Assembly (NCBI GenBank): GCA_019429305.1
Contig: JAHYIR010000002.1
Span: 43,574-107,573 of the forward strand
Direction of reading: 5' to 3'
Source of the DNA: Candidatus Cloacimonadota bacterium
GTDB taxonomy: Bacteria > Cloacimonadota > Cloacimonadia > Cloacimonadales > JAJBBL01
DNA length: 64,000 nt
Within the stretch, counting starts at the first letter, position 1. Every line of letters begins with the position of its first letter. Positions 1 to 10,524 of the stretch are shown one piece after another. Position numbers and translations under genes: made by a program. The notes beneath the pieces were generated by a model. That model saw only the letters and a program-made list of their open reading frames with translations, was not told the origin of the DNA and made no database searches.

Positions 1-1
1 T

Positions 2-1753
2 GGTGACCTGTTAAGGATACAAAGAAACTATCAGAGAGCCGGTTTTTTGAACATCAAAATTGAGGAACCGGTTTTGATCTACAATGCTCCCGAAACAAAA
101 GTAACGATTAGATTAATTCTCGATGAAGGAGAGCGAGTAAGAGTCCGAAACATAAATTTTCGTTTCCCAGAATCTCCATCAGAAAATTTTGCAGAAGAAA
201 AGATCATTGCCTTAAAAAAAGCTTTACAGTTAAAAGAACAATCTCCTTTTACTGATGCTGTCTTCCGCGAAGATATAAAAACAGTCAGCAATTATTTCGA
301 CAGACTTGGTTATCCATTTATCAAAGTAGCTCATGATTTATTTTTAACCGAGTCTGAACAAGAAGTAGATATAACATATCTGGTTGATCCCGGTCCCAAA
401 GCTTATCTTGCTGAAATCCGATTCACCGGTTTAGATAAAATTTCGGAGCATTTACTAACCCGTATCATCAATATAAAGACCGGTGATGAATACAGCCAAA
501 GAAGACTGGAACAAACGAGAAGTCGTTTACAATCATTAGGAGTGTTTCAATTTGTTAGTGTCAATTTAAGATTAGACACGGTTAGAGAAAATGTGCCTGT
601 AGAAATTACTGTGCGTGAGAATGATACTATAACACTTAATTTCGGTATCGGTTATGAAGTTGAAATTGAAGAGATAGATAAATACTCAGATTTAATTCAA
701 GAAAGACGCTTCCGATATTTTACAGAAGTAAATAGACTGAGATTCTTGGGTGGTTTAAGAAAAGGTACCCTACTAGTTAAAAGATCTTATTTGGAGCCGA
801 TCCATATCAATTTCAGATTATATCAACCAGCTTTCCCAACAACCCTTTCTAATGTAATTCTCAATCCCTTTTATCGTCAAGAAAGAGAGCCCGGATATCG
901 GATAGAGAGGATCGGTGGCAATACGACCTTAAACTATTGGGTTTCGCAGCGAACAAGCACCTACCTAACCTATACCTATGAAGATAATAACTTGATAGAG
1001 AGTGCTGAGATAATTGAAATAAGAGGAAACAGAGAATTAAATAATGATCATATTCTGGAAGCTTTTTTTCATACAACTGGATTTTCGTTTATGGAGAACA
1101 ATGAACCTCATTTTTCAGATTTTATGGACAGAAATTTACTGGAAACTCCAAGATATTATCGTAAATCAAGTATAACCTGGGGTATATTGCGCGATTCTTC
1201 CCGACCAGTATTCTATCCTAGAAATGGGTCTTTAGTGTCTAACTCAATCACTCTTTCTGGTATAGGATTTGGCTCAGATTTCCGTTTTGTCCGTATTGTA
1301 ACAGATGGAAGAATGTATCGTGGTTTATCATCTGATTTAGTGCTCGCTTTAAGGCTAAAAGGTGGCGCTATCAAAGGTTTGGCAGAAGGCGAATATATCC
1401 CTATTGAGGATCGACTTTATGCTGGTGGATCTTATTCGGTTAGGGGCTGGACACGTTCAGATTTAGGCCCTAAGTCACCTGAAGGACAACCTTTAGGAGG
1501 TAAAAGTCTCTTAGAAGGTAGCATTGAATTAAGATATCCGTTATGGAAACAACTATCAGTTGTAGGTTTCTATGATTTTGGCAATGTTTGGGAAGATACT
1601 TTTGATCACGATTTTCAAGATCTCAGATATGCAGCCGGTGGTGGATTGCGTTTTGCAACTCCTGTCGGTCCATTTAGACTCGATATTGGAACTCCCATAG
1701 GTGAAGGTAGTAAGCCGGTGCAGGTTTTTATTAGTATTGGACAGGCATTTTAA
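2..1753 (+). CDS. tamA: Omp85/BamA-family outer-membrane protein (TamA-like), 5' end cut by window edge
   Basis: The frame is open from nt 2 (GDLLRIQRNYQRAGF precedes the tracked TTG at 47), so the gene starts off-window. POTRA-like repeats are followed by an Omp85 barrel ending ...VFISIGQAF. The stop overlaps the ATG of the TamB-like gene (TAATG at 1751-1755). Confidence 0.75.
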   Translation, partial: GDLLRIQRNYQRAGFLNIKIEEPVLIYNAPETKVTIRLILDEGERVRVRNINFRFPESPSENFAEEKIIALKKALQLKEQSPFTDAVFREDIKTVSNYFDRLGYPFIKVAHDLFLTESEQEVDITYLVDPGPKAYLAEIRFTGLDKISEHLLTRIINIKTGDEYSQRRLEQTRSRLQSLGVFQFVSVNLRLDTVRENVPVEITVRENDTITLNFGIGYEVEIEEIDKYSDLIQERRFRYFTEVNRLRFLGGLRKGTLLVKRSYLEPIHINFRLYQPAFPTTLSNVILNPFYRQEREPGYRIERIGGNTTLNYWVSQRTSTYLTYTYEDNNLIESAEIIEIRGNRELNNDHILEAFFHTTGFSFMENNEPHFSDFMDRNLLETPRYYRKSSITWGILRDSSRPVFYPRNGSLVSNSITLSGIGFGSDFRFVRIVTDGRMYRGLSSDLVLALRLKGGAIKGLAEGEYIPIEDRLYAGGSYSVRGWTRSDLGPKSPEGQPLGGKSLLEGSIELRYPLWKQLSVVGFYDFGNVWEDTFDHDFQDLRYAAGGGLRFATPVGPFRLDIGTPIGEGSKPVQVFISIGQAF

Positions 1754-4700
1754 TGATGAAAAAACTCAAAAAGCTGTTACTAATTCTACTACTATTATTA
1801 GTGATCTTCTTCTTCCTGCTTTTCTTGTTTGCTGTATTTACCCAAACTGCTCCCTTCCGCTCTTTATTAACTAAGATCATTATCAATCAGAGTGAAAAAT
1901 ACTTGGCTGGTGAACTCTCTATTGGTTCATTAGAGGGTAATTTTTATAATCACATAATAGTACGAGATATTGAGATCATTGACCAGGGTGAGCAAGTTTT
2001 CTATCTATCTGAGCTCTCTCTGTACTACCAGCTCAGACCTTTATTGAAGAAACAAGTTATTGTTACTAAAGTCCTGTTAAATGATTTAGATATCATAATT
2101 GCAGAAGAAGAGTATGGTTGGAACTGGCAAAGAATTCTCAAATTAGCACCTTTCCAAGAGATAGCCGAACAGGAAACTAAACCTGAAAAAGAGGGGCAAG
2201 AACTGGGATGGGAGATAGATGTAGAAAATATATCACTGACAAATTTCGACATAGTAATTCGTACATTGAATGAAGAAGAACAGTTCATTCCCTCTTCCAT
2301 AAACGATTTCAATTTAGAAAGTACTTTTAGCATGAAAGCTGACTTACTCAAATTTGATCTGCAAAAAACTGCGCTACAGATAAATTGGCAAAATGGATTT
2401 TCTCTCAATATCAATAACATATCATTCTTTGCTGATATGTCGGACGATGAGATAAGTTTAGCAGATTTTATACTTGATACTGACAATTTTTTATTAACGG
2501 CATCCAGCAAAACAAAAATTGACTTAACAAAACTCACTGCCGAATTAGAATTAACACTTCATAATAGTTCTGATTTTACCCGTCTCTTCCCCAATCTAAA
2601 GCAGGATACAGATTTGCGGCTCATTGTAGATCTGAGGGGCGAAGCCGAAAAGTTAGACTTAAGTCTGGCTCTACAGGATGACATGGGTAGGCTTGATCTG
2701 ACATTAGCGATGATCAATCCTCCATATCTTGATTCAGAAATGGTCCCGGAATATACTGCCAATATTAGCGTTGTTGATTTCAATCCTGCAGCATGGTTAA
2801 TCGATGATTCTTTTTATTCATTGCTCAATGGGAATATCATACTCTCGGGTAACGGATTTGATTATCTAACCGGTTTTTTTACTGTCAGCATCGATCTGTA
2901 TAATTCTGTCTTTCATGCACAAGACATTATCCGAGAACCAATATTGATCAAGGTATTTAGCTTAGATACTGAGTTAAATAACAAAGTCTTACAAACGGAT
3001 TTGCATCTATTAACCGAAGACTTTGGTTTGTTAGGTTTAATAGCCCACATGGGAGATATTGAGCATTTAAGCGATTTTCAATTAACAGGTAGAATTGAGA
3101 GTCTTGATTTGGCATTTATAAGTGCTCTTGAAGATCTGCCCAGCAATCTTAACATAACATTTGCAGTAAGTGGTAAGAACCCTGAAGAAAGACCAATTGA
3201 ATTTCAGCTGGAAGTAACCGCTTCTGAATTTGCCGGTTTCCCGATAGAGAAAGTAGAGCTCAAAGCATCTTTAATAGAAAAGGGTGTTCAAATCGATACC
3301 CTCTTTTGTAATATCGTTGAGAATGTCTTGCAGGTTAGTGGCTTTATCAGTGAAACCGAAGAGAGCAAAGCAGATTTTATACTATCTATCAACAATATAT
3401 CACCTATCTTATCCTGGATAGATGAAGAACTAATAACAAACGACTTGGAAGAAGAGAGAGACCCTTCTCTACCTCTGGCAGAAATGATTGAAACTCAAGG
3501 AGTCTTGAGTGGTAGTGTAACAGGAATTCTTGGAGAGTTATCTGTTAATGGGATTTTGAATTTAAAAGATTCCCGTTATGGCAACATATTCTCTGAAGAG
3601 ATTTATAATGAGTTTACAATAACACAAGAAGAAGATCTATTTCTCGCTCAGATAGAATTATTCTTGCGAAATGTATTAATAAATGAGATCCATCTGGAAA
3701 CTTTAACTTTAAACGGTCAATTGGATAGAGAAAAGGTCAATATTGGGTTAATTGTAAACCAATCACCTGATATTGCATTGACTTTAAACGCTGATATTTA
3801 TCAGAATGACGAGATTGAAATAGTGCTGCATCGGCTGGACCTCAACCTACTAGAAGATTTTTGGTACTTATCTGAGGATAATGCTTTTATCGGTATCAAA
3901 GGAGACACTTTTGATTTTACTGATTTCACGCTCAAGAATCAAGAGCAGGTATTTAAAATAGACGGTTTGTTATCTTTATCGGAAAGCAACAATTTCCGAC
4001 TGGTAATTGAAGAATTTAATCTATCTCCGCTACTTGAACTTTTTGAAGTTTTACCTGTCTCTTCCGGTATATTGACCATTGATTTGTCATTACTCGGTAC
4101 TATGATTAAACCCGAGTTGAATAGCGATATATATCTTACAGAGATCAGAATTCATGATCTGCCTGATCTATCAACTATTGCTTCAATGCAATACATTTCA
4201 TCAACAGAAACTCTACAAGCAGACCTTAATCTGCTACTACAGGAAGTCCCTTATGCTGACATTGTGCTCTATTTACCAATAAAACTCTCCTTAGAAGATG
4301 GTTTGAAGCTGCACGAAGATCGTAATTTCTATGTAAATCTAAGAACGAGTGACATCGCTTTAACCACTTTTGATGGTATGATCGCTGATATCAGGGGTCT
4401 TAACGGTATCTTGGAAGCAGAATTAACTATAGGTAACTTTATAAACGACATTAGAGCTATAGGATCTGTAGAGATCAGCAATGCTGGTTTTTCTTTACCT
4501 GTTATCAATACTAGATACCGAAATTTCAACCTTCTCCTTGAGCTGGATAATAACCGATTTGATCTGAAGCAGTTCAACCTCAATGCTAATCAAGGGAGAC
4601 TGAGTAGCGACGGCTATATAATACTCGGTAAAGATCTTGCAGGTGCGTCTAATGGTCTTATGGATGAAGAATTGACAGTGTTCAATTTACAGTTAAGAAC

Positions 4701-5718
4701 TGATAATTTCCAGCTCATCAATACTGCTGCCCTTGATCTTTTGATCGATAGCAGACTTACGATTGAAGGTAGTCCAGATCATCCCCTGTTTAGTGGTAGA
4801 ATAGATATTAATCGCGGAAGAATAGATATCGACAGATTGGTTGGAGACATGCTCACTGATAGCAAAGAAAAACCTTTACTGCTACAAACTAGAGAGAGAC
4901 AAACTATAAGTGAAGATGAAATAGTAACGAAAAGTCCAGCAGATAAATTTGAGATGCAAAATTTGAGAGGTGAGATTGCTGTTTCTTTCCCACGAAATAC
5001 TTGGATTAGAAGTTCTGATATGAATATCGAAATGAGTGGTGACTTGAACATAGTAGTTGATGGACCTCATATTGAGATCTTTGGTAACCTGAGTACTCTC
5101 CGTGGATATTATGTCTTTTTCGGCAAAAGATTTAATATAGAAATGGGAGAGATTGTATTTTCTGGTGGTCGGGAACTCGATCCTAGTCTTGCTTTACAGG
5201 CAATTTATAGTTTTCGTGGTCTTGATTCTACTCGCAATAGCTTACGTCTGATAGTCACCGGTTCCTTGGAAGATATGCAAATCGCTTTTGAATTAAATGA
5301 TCAACCGATTGAAGAAGCAGATGCCATCTCCTACATACTCTTTGGTCGTTCTTTTGATGAGCTGACTCAAGGTGAAAAAACGGAAGCTCAGAATCAGGCA
5401 TTAGTTGTAGGTGGCTTTCTGGCTAACAGATTAACAGATCAACTTAGCACTGTAATCGGTGAAAGTTTTCAACTCGATGTCTTAGAGTTTCGTTCAGATA
5501 CAACAAGATCTGAGATCGGATTGGAAATTGGTAAATATATAACAGATAACCTTTTTGTCAGCTATAAAAGGGATTTCAGTTTTGATAAAACTCAGGATCA
5601 GGTATTTGAAGAAATTTTAGTTGAATATGCCATTACCCGCTTTCTTTATCTTCAAGCATCGAGAAGAGAAACAAACGATTTCGGAGTGGATATTATCTGG
5701 CGTTTTCGCTGGAGATAA
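1753..5718 (+). CDS. tamB: translocation/assembly module TamB-like protein (DUF490 C-terminus)
   Basis: 1321 aa. N-terminal signal anchor (KKLLLILLLLLVIFFFLLFLFAVF), a long beta-rich body and a TamB/DUF490-type end (IGKYITDNLFVSYKRDF...GVDIIWRFRWR). Start codon is coupled to the stop of the Omp85 gene. Confidence 0.75.
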   Translation: MMKKLKKLLLILLLLLVIFFFLLFLFAVFTQTAPFRSLLTKIIINQSEKYLAGELSIGSLEGNFYNHIIVRDIEIIDQGEQVFYLSELSLYYQLRPLLKKQVIVTKVLLNDLDIIIAEEEYGWNWQRILKLAPFQEIAEQETKPEKEGQELGWEIDVENISLTNFDIVIRTLNEEEQFIPSSINDFNLESTFSMKADLLKFDLQKTALQINWQNGFSLNINNISFFADMSDDEISLADFILDTDNFLLTASSKTKIDLTKLTAELELTLHNSSDFTRLFPNLKQDTDLRLIVDLRGEAEKLDLSLALQDDMGRLDLTLAMINPPYLDSEMVPEYTANISVVDFNPAAWLIDDSFYSLLNGNIILSGNGFDYLTGFFTVSIDLYNSVFHAQDIIREPILIKVFSLDTELNNKVLQTDLHLLTEDFGLLGLIAHMGDIEHLSDFQLTGRIESLDLAFISALEDLPSNLNITFAVSGKNPEERPIEFQLEVTASEFAGFPIEKVELKASLIEKGVQIDTLFCNIVENVLQVSGFISETEESKADFILSINNISPILSWIDEELITNDLEEERDPSLPLAEMIETQGVLSGSVTGILGELSVNGILNLKDSRYGNIFSEEIYNEFTITQEEDLFLAQIELFLRNVLINEIHLETLTLNGQLDREKVNIGLIVNQSPDIALTLNADIYQNDEIEIVLHRLDLNLLEDFWYLSEDNAFIGIKGDTFDFTDFTLKNQEQVFKIDGLLSLSESNNFRLVIEEFNLSPLLELFEVLPVSSGILTIDLSLLGTMIKPELNSDIYLTEIRIHDLPDLSTIASMQYISSTETLQADLNLLLQEVPYADIVLYLPIKLSLEDGLKLHEDRNFYVNLRTSDIALTTFDGMIADIRGLNGILEAELTIGNFINDIRAIGSVEISNAGFSLPVINTRYRNFNLLLELDNNRFDLKQFNLNANQGRLSSDGYIILGKDLAGASNGLMDEELTVFNLQLRTDNFQLINTAALDLLIDSRLTIEGSPDHPLFSGRIDINRGRIDIDRLVGDMLTDSKEKPLLLQTRERQTISEDEIVTKSPADKFEMQNLRGEIAVSFPRNTWIRSSDMNIEMSGDLNIVVDGPHIEIFGNLSTLRGYYVFFGKRFNIEMGEIVFSGGRELDPSLALQAIYSFRGLDSTRNSLRLIVTGSLEDMQIAFELNDQPIEEADAISYILFGRSFDELTQGEKTEAQNQALVVGGFLANRLTDQLSTVIGESFQLDVLEFRSDTTRSEIGLEIGKYITDNLFVSYKRDFSFDKTQDQVFEEILVEYAITRFLYLQASRRETNDFGVDIIWRFRWR

Positions 5719-5722
5719 GAAC

Positions 5723-6163
5723 TTAGCTAATATCTGCTAAAAACTCTTTATTGCTTTCTATAATAGCTGATCTACCCTCTAGAGAATATTGAAAATAAAC
5801 CTTAATAGTTCTCTCATTAAAGAATAACTCAGCCAGTAAAGGCCACTCTATAACTGTGACCCCATCTTCGAGGATATCGTCAATTCCCAGGCCTAAGACA
5901 TCATTTTCATTGTGTAGACGAAATAGATCTATATGATTTATTTTAAATTCAGTAGCTTCATATTGATTGATCAAAACAAAGCTGGGACTGGTTACCAGTT
6001 CTTTAACACCCAACGCCTTGCATAAATAACGGGTGAAGAATGTCTTGCCTGTTCCTAAATCTCCATAGAGAGCAATAATATCACCTCTCTTGATAAAGGG
6101 AGAAATTCTTTCAGCAAGCTTAATTGTATCCTCTTCCCTATCGATATTAAATGCTTTCATCAT
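5723..6163 (-). CDS. tsaE: tRNA t6A37 biosynthesis ATPase TsaE (YjeE)
   Basis: 146 aa. P-loop YGDLGTGKTFFTRYLCKALGV plus VTSPSFVLINQY...HIDLFRL, the TsaE signature. Confidence 0.9.
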   Translation of the reverse strand: MMKAFNIDREEDTIKLAERISPFIKRGDIIALYGDLGTGKTFFTRYLCKALGVKELVTSPSFVLINQYEATEFKINHIDLFRLHNENDVLGLGIDDILEDGVTVIEWPLLAELFFNERTIKVYFQYSLEGRSAIIESNKEFLADIS

Positions 6164-6212
6164 TAGGACTATGTAAATCTAAAGTGTCTTTTATTAACAA
6201 AAGATAATCTAA

Positions 6213-7766
6213 TTATTTAGTTCTGCAAATTGCCAGGGGAAGAATCATCTCTTCCATAGAGATTCCACCATGCTGGAAAGTTCCGTTGAACTGCTTCTGG
6301 TATTGATGATAAGAATTAGGATACACGAAATAATAGTCGTCTTTAGCAAAGATAAAATTATCAACTATATTCTTAGCCGGTAAGCCAAAGAGATTTGGGC
6401 TTTTGGCAAATACCGCATGTCTCTCATTGGAAGTCAGATTCTTTCCTTGTTTGTATCGGACTGTTAATGTAGTCTCTTTGTCGCCAACAGCTTGGGTTGC
6501 CCTGTTAACTCGAATTGATCCGTGATCAGTACTGACAATAACTATTGCATCCTGTTTACTGATTACTTTTAACGCTTCATAGAATGATGAATGGAGAAAC
6601 CAGTGTTTCGTAAAAGCTCGTAACGCTTGCTCATTAGGAATAGTCTCCTGTAGGATCTGATCACGAGATCTATGGTGAGTAAGTAAATCGAGAAAGTTAT
6701 AAACCAGTACAATTAGTTTATCATTGTTCCAAGCTTCTATCTTTCTGATAACGAAGTTACCCTCCTCAATGTTGAATATCTTTACATATTTACTCGATGG
6801 TTCTAAATGATGACCCAAGTCGTTCAAATGAGCATCTAATAATTGATGTTCATTCCGGTTTCGGCTATTTTCCATCTCTGCTAAATCAACCCAATAAGAA
6901 GGAAATTCATTTGCTATATCAACTGGAAGTAAACCGCTGAAAAGCGAATTTCTGGAATATGGCGTGGCAGTCGGAAGAATAGAATAGTAAAGATTCAGTT
7001 TAATATCAAATAGCTCGGAAATAAAGGGTTCAATCGCATAGTATTGATCAAGACGAAGACAATCCAGGATAATAAAATAAACAGGTTTATTCTCTTTGAA
7101 TAGCGGGGTTATATATTCACTTACCACATCATAAGATAAAGCCGGTCGTTCGTCACTCTTTAACCACCGGGGATATTGTTCTTCAATATAATTACAGAAC
7201 TCGGAATTACTATTACGTTTCTCCAAAAAATGTGTTTGAGCTAAGGCGGGATCATTGATCTCATCAATTACCAAATCCCATTTACACATTTCACGATAGA
7301 TTTCTGCCCAATCATCCCAGTTAGGTTTGGCAAATAGCTTTTGGTTTATTTTTGTAGAAAACTGGGAGTATTCTTCACCAATACGATTTTGTCGTATCTC
7401 GTCTGCTTGAAAGATCTTTTTAACAGCCATAATAATCTGGTTCGGATTTACCGGCTTAATTAGGTAATCGGCTATCTGACTTGCTATCGCTTTCTCCATC
7501 AGACCTTCTTCTTCATTCTTAGTTATCATTACAACGGGCAATGAAGAATTGATAAGTTTAATCTCCTGAAGCGTACTAAGTCCATCTAAACCGGGCATCA
7601 TTTCATCGAGCAGTATCAGATCAAATTGTTCTTGCAAAATACAATCAATAGCATCTCTACCGTTAGTTACGGTTTTTACACCATAATCTCTTTCTTCCAA
7701 AAACATTATATGTGGTTTAAAATGTTCAATTTCATCGTCTACCCAAAGTATTTTAACTTTCTGCAT
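6213..7766 (-). CDS. porX: PorX-type response regulator (CheY receiver fused to PglZ/alkaline-phosphatase-superfamily domain)
   Basis: 517 aa. Receiver motifs: ILWVDDE, FDLILLDEMMPGLDG, ADYLIKPVNPNQI. PglZ-type motifs: YYSILPTATPYSRNSLFSG, VYNFLDLLTHHR, VSTDHGS, FQHGGISMEEMILP. No DNA-binding domain. Architecture and length match PorX of Bacteroidota. Confidence 0.8.
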   Translation of the reverse strand: MQKVKILWVDDEIEHFKPHIMFLEERDYGVKTVTNGRDAIDCILQEQFDLILLDEMMPGLDGLSTLQEIKLINSSLPVVMITKNEEEGLMEKAIASQIADYLIKPVNPNQIIMAVKKIFQADEIRQNRIGEEYSQFSTKINQKLFAKPNWDDWAEIYREMCKWDLVIDEINDPALAQTHFLEKRNSNSEFCNYIEEQYPRWLKSDERPALSYDVVSEYITPLFKENKPVYFIILDCLRLDQYYAIEPFISELFDIKLNLYYSILPTATPYSRNSLFSGLLPVDIANEFPSYWVDLAEMENSRNRNEHQLLDAHLNDLGHHLEPSSKYVKIFNIEEGNFVIRKIEAWNNDKLIVLVYNFLDLLTHHRSRDQILQETIPNEQALRAFTKHWFLHSSFYEALKVISKQDAIVIVSTDHGSIRVNRATQAVGDKETTLTVRYKQGKNLTSNERHAVFAKSPNLFGLPAKNIVDNFIFAKDDYYFVYPNSYHQYQKQFNGTFQHGGISMEEMILPLAICRTK

Positions 7767-7806
7767 AATTTTATCCTCTATATATAATTATTAGTAATTC
7801 AGTTTT

Positions 7807-8394
7807 TTAAGTGATCAGATCACTCTCTTTAAATTTTAGTTGCTTATCTTTGATCGTTTTCTCAATATTATTCAGATCACAGTCTTGGAAGTACAAAGCT
7901 AATTTAAACATCAATTCCTTCTGAGAACAATTGAAGAAGGTTACAAAATTCTCTACAAATTGCTCGGTAATGACATCCTTCATACTTTTTTTCTTGCTCT
8001 TTTCTTTTAAATCTTTGATAGTTTCTTTCAACTTCGTTGACTTCTCGTTCTGAGCTTTTTGTAACCATTCTTCTTGTTCTAACTGATTAGCTTTCTTTAT
8101 GATGGGTCGCAATAGATTTAATTTGTCCAAGCCAATAGTGACTAAAGCGTTTTCATCCAGATTAAGCTGCCCAACATAATACTTATAGTTGCTAACTAGT
8201 TTATTTACTAAAGAACCTGGTAAATTAAACTCGTCTTCAACGAAATCCTTGAACGACTCGTATCCATAAATTCTGAAAATCTGTTCCTTTTTCATTTCAC
8301 TAAGCAACTGTCCCAATTCCACAAAATGCTCTTCCATTTTTTCACGCATCGCTGTCAATGCTTGTCTTCTCTCTTCCAAATTCATTAATATCAA
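7807..8394 (-). CDS. hypothetical protein, helical, possible HTH-like N-terminal region and Lys/Glu-rich coiled-coil centre
   Basis: 195-aa ORF, 41 nt upstream of and co-directional with the PorX-like gene. The segment LGQLLSEMKKEQIFRIYGYESFKDFVEDEFNLPGSLVNKLVSNY resembles DUF3102/ParB-type helix-turn-helix leaders. No family was firmly recognised. The start could be the Met at 8385. Confidence 0.5.
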   Translation of the reverse strand: MILMNLEERRQALTAMREKMEEHFVELGQLLSEMKKEQIFRIYGYESFKDFVEDEFNLPGSLVNKLVSNYKYYVGQLNLDENALVTIGLDKLNLLRPIIKKANQLEQEEWLQKAQNEKSTKLKETIKDLKEKSKKKSMKDVITEQFVENFVTFFNCSQKELMFKLALYFQDCDLNNIEKTIKDKQLKFKESDLIT

Positions 8395-8451
8395 CTCCCG
8401 TATTTAAGCAGTTTAAATCTCGTCCCCTTCATATTTTAAACTCAAATATCA

Positions 8452-9264
8452 TTATTCCGTATCAGTTAAGGGATAATATATATGCTCCTTCTCAGGAAAT
8501 TTTTTATCCCTCACATCTTGTGCATATTTCATTAAGTTTTTGGTAATTATATCGGCTAAATCAATGTATTGTTTGGCAAACTTGGGCTGATAGTCTGATA
8601 ATCCGAAAAGATCATTATACACCAAAACTTGTCCATCAGTATATCTACCAGCGCCGATTCCGATAGTTATGATTTTAAGCTCATCAGTAACCTGTTTAGC
8701 CAATTTTTCCGGTATAGCTTCTAAAACAAGCATAAAGGCACCGGCTTTTTCTATTTCTATGGCTTGTTTGATAAGCCGTTCCGCCTCTTTCTCTTGTTTC
8801 GCTTGTACTTTATAACCACCAAATTTATGTATTGATTGAGGAGTTAAACCGAGATGACCTACTGCCGGAATTTCACAATCTACGATACCCTTGATCATGT
8901 CTATACGACTCGGACTTCCCCCCTCTAATTTAACCGCATCAGCTCCACCTTCTACAATTAATTTCGCTGAATTCTTCTTAGTCTCTTCTATATTTACGTG
9001 AAAACTCATATAGGGTAAATCTGCTATTATAAAAGTGTCTCCTGCGCCTTTTCTTACTGCTTTCGTATGATAGACAATATCTTCAATTGATACTCCAAGA
9101 GTGTTCTTATTTCCTTTAATAACCATACCTAAGCTATCACCGACCAAAATAATATCTATACCTGCTTTCTCGACAAGCTTAGCAGCATAATAATCATACG
9201 CTGTGATCATGGTAATTATTTCTTGTCTTTCTTTCTTGGTCTTTAACTCAAGTATCCCGATCAT
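8452..9264 (-). CDS. panB: 3-methyl-2-oxobutanoate hydroxymethyltransferase
   Basis: 270 aa. ITMITAYDYYAAKLVEKAGIDIILVGDSLGMV, ADLPYMSF and VKLEGG are PanB hallmarks. Confidence 0.9.
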   Translation of the reverse strand: MIGILELKTKKERQEIITMITAYDYYAAKLVEKAGIDIILVGDSLGMVIKGNKNTLGVSIEDIVYHTKAVRKGAGDTFIIADLPYMSFHVNIEETKKNSAKLIVEGGADAVKLEGGSPSRIDMIKGIVDCEIPAVGHLGLTPQSIHKFGGYKVQAKQEKEAERLIKQAIEIEKAGAFMLVLEAIPEKLAKQVTDELKIITIGIGAGRYTDGQVLVYNDLFGLSDYQPKFAKQYIDLADIITKNLMKYAQDVRDKKFPEKEHIYYPLTDTE

Positions 9265-9373
9265 TATTTATCCTCAACTTTTTATTTTAATTACCTTTTT
9301 GAACCGATATTTTGTCAATATAATCTTATTGTAACTTTTTATGATCAAACTACCTAAACCACTTTTTAATCTA

Positions 9374-10516
<1,143 letters not shown>

Positions 10517-10524
10517 CTACCTCG

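Noticed and set aside
2025-2537. Antisense or off-frame ORFs of 60-170 aa inside long genes. Examples: 2025-2537, 26555-26926, 14905-15117, 23953-24162, 52427-52777 and 58281-58613.
   Set aside because: All lie fully inside well-supported genes on the opposite strand or in another frame. They have low-complexity, Ser/Leu/Ile/Cys-rich composition typical of shadow ORFs in AT-rich DNA, and no RBS or family motif.
6213-7766. The PglZ domain as a sign of a BREX/phage-defence locus.
   Set aside because: The domain is fused to a receiver (PorX architecture), and none of the other BREX genes (methyltransferase, BrxC ATPase, BrxL) is nearby.
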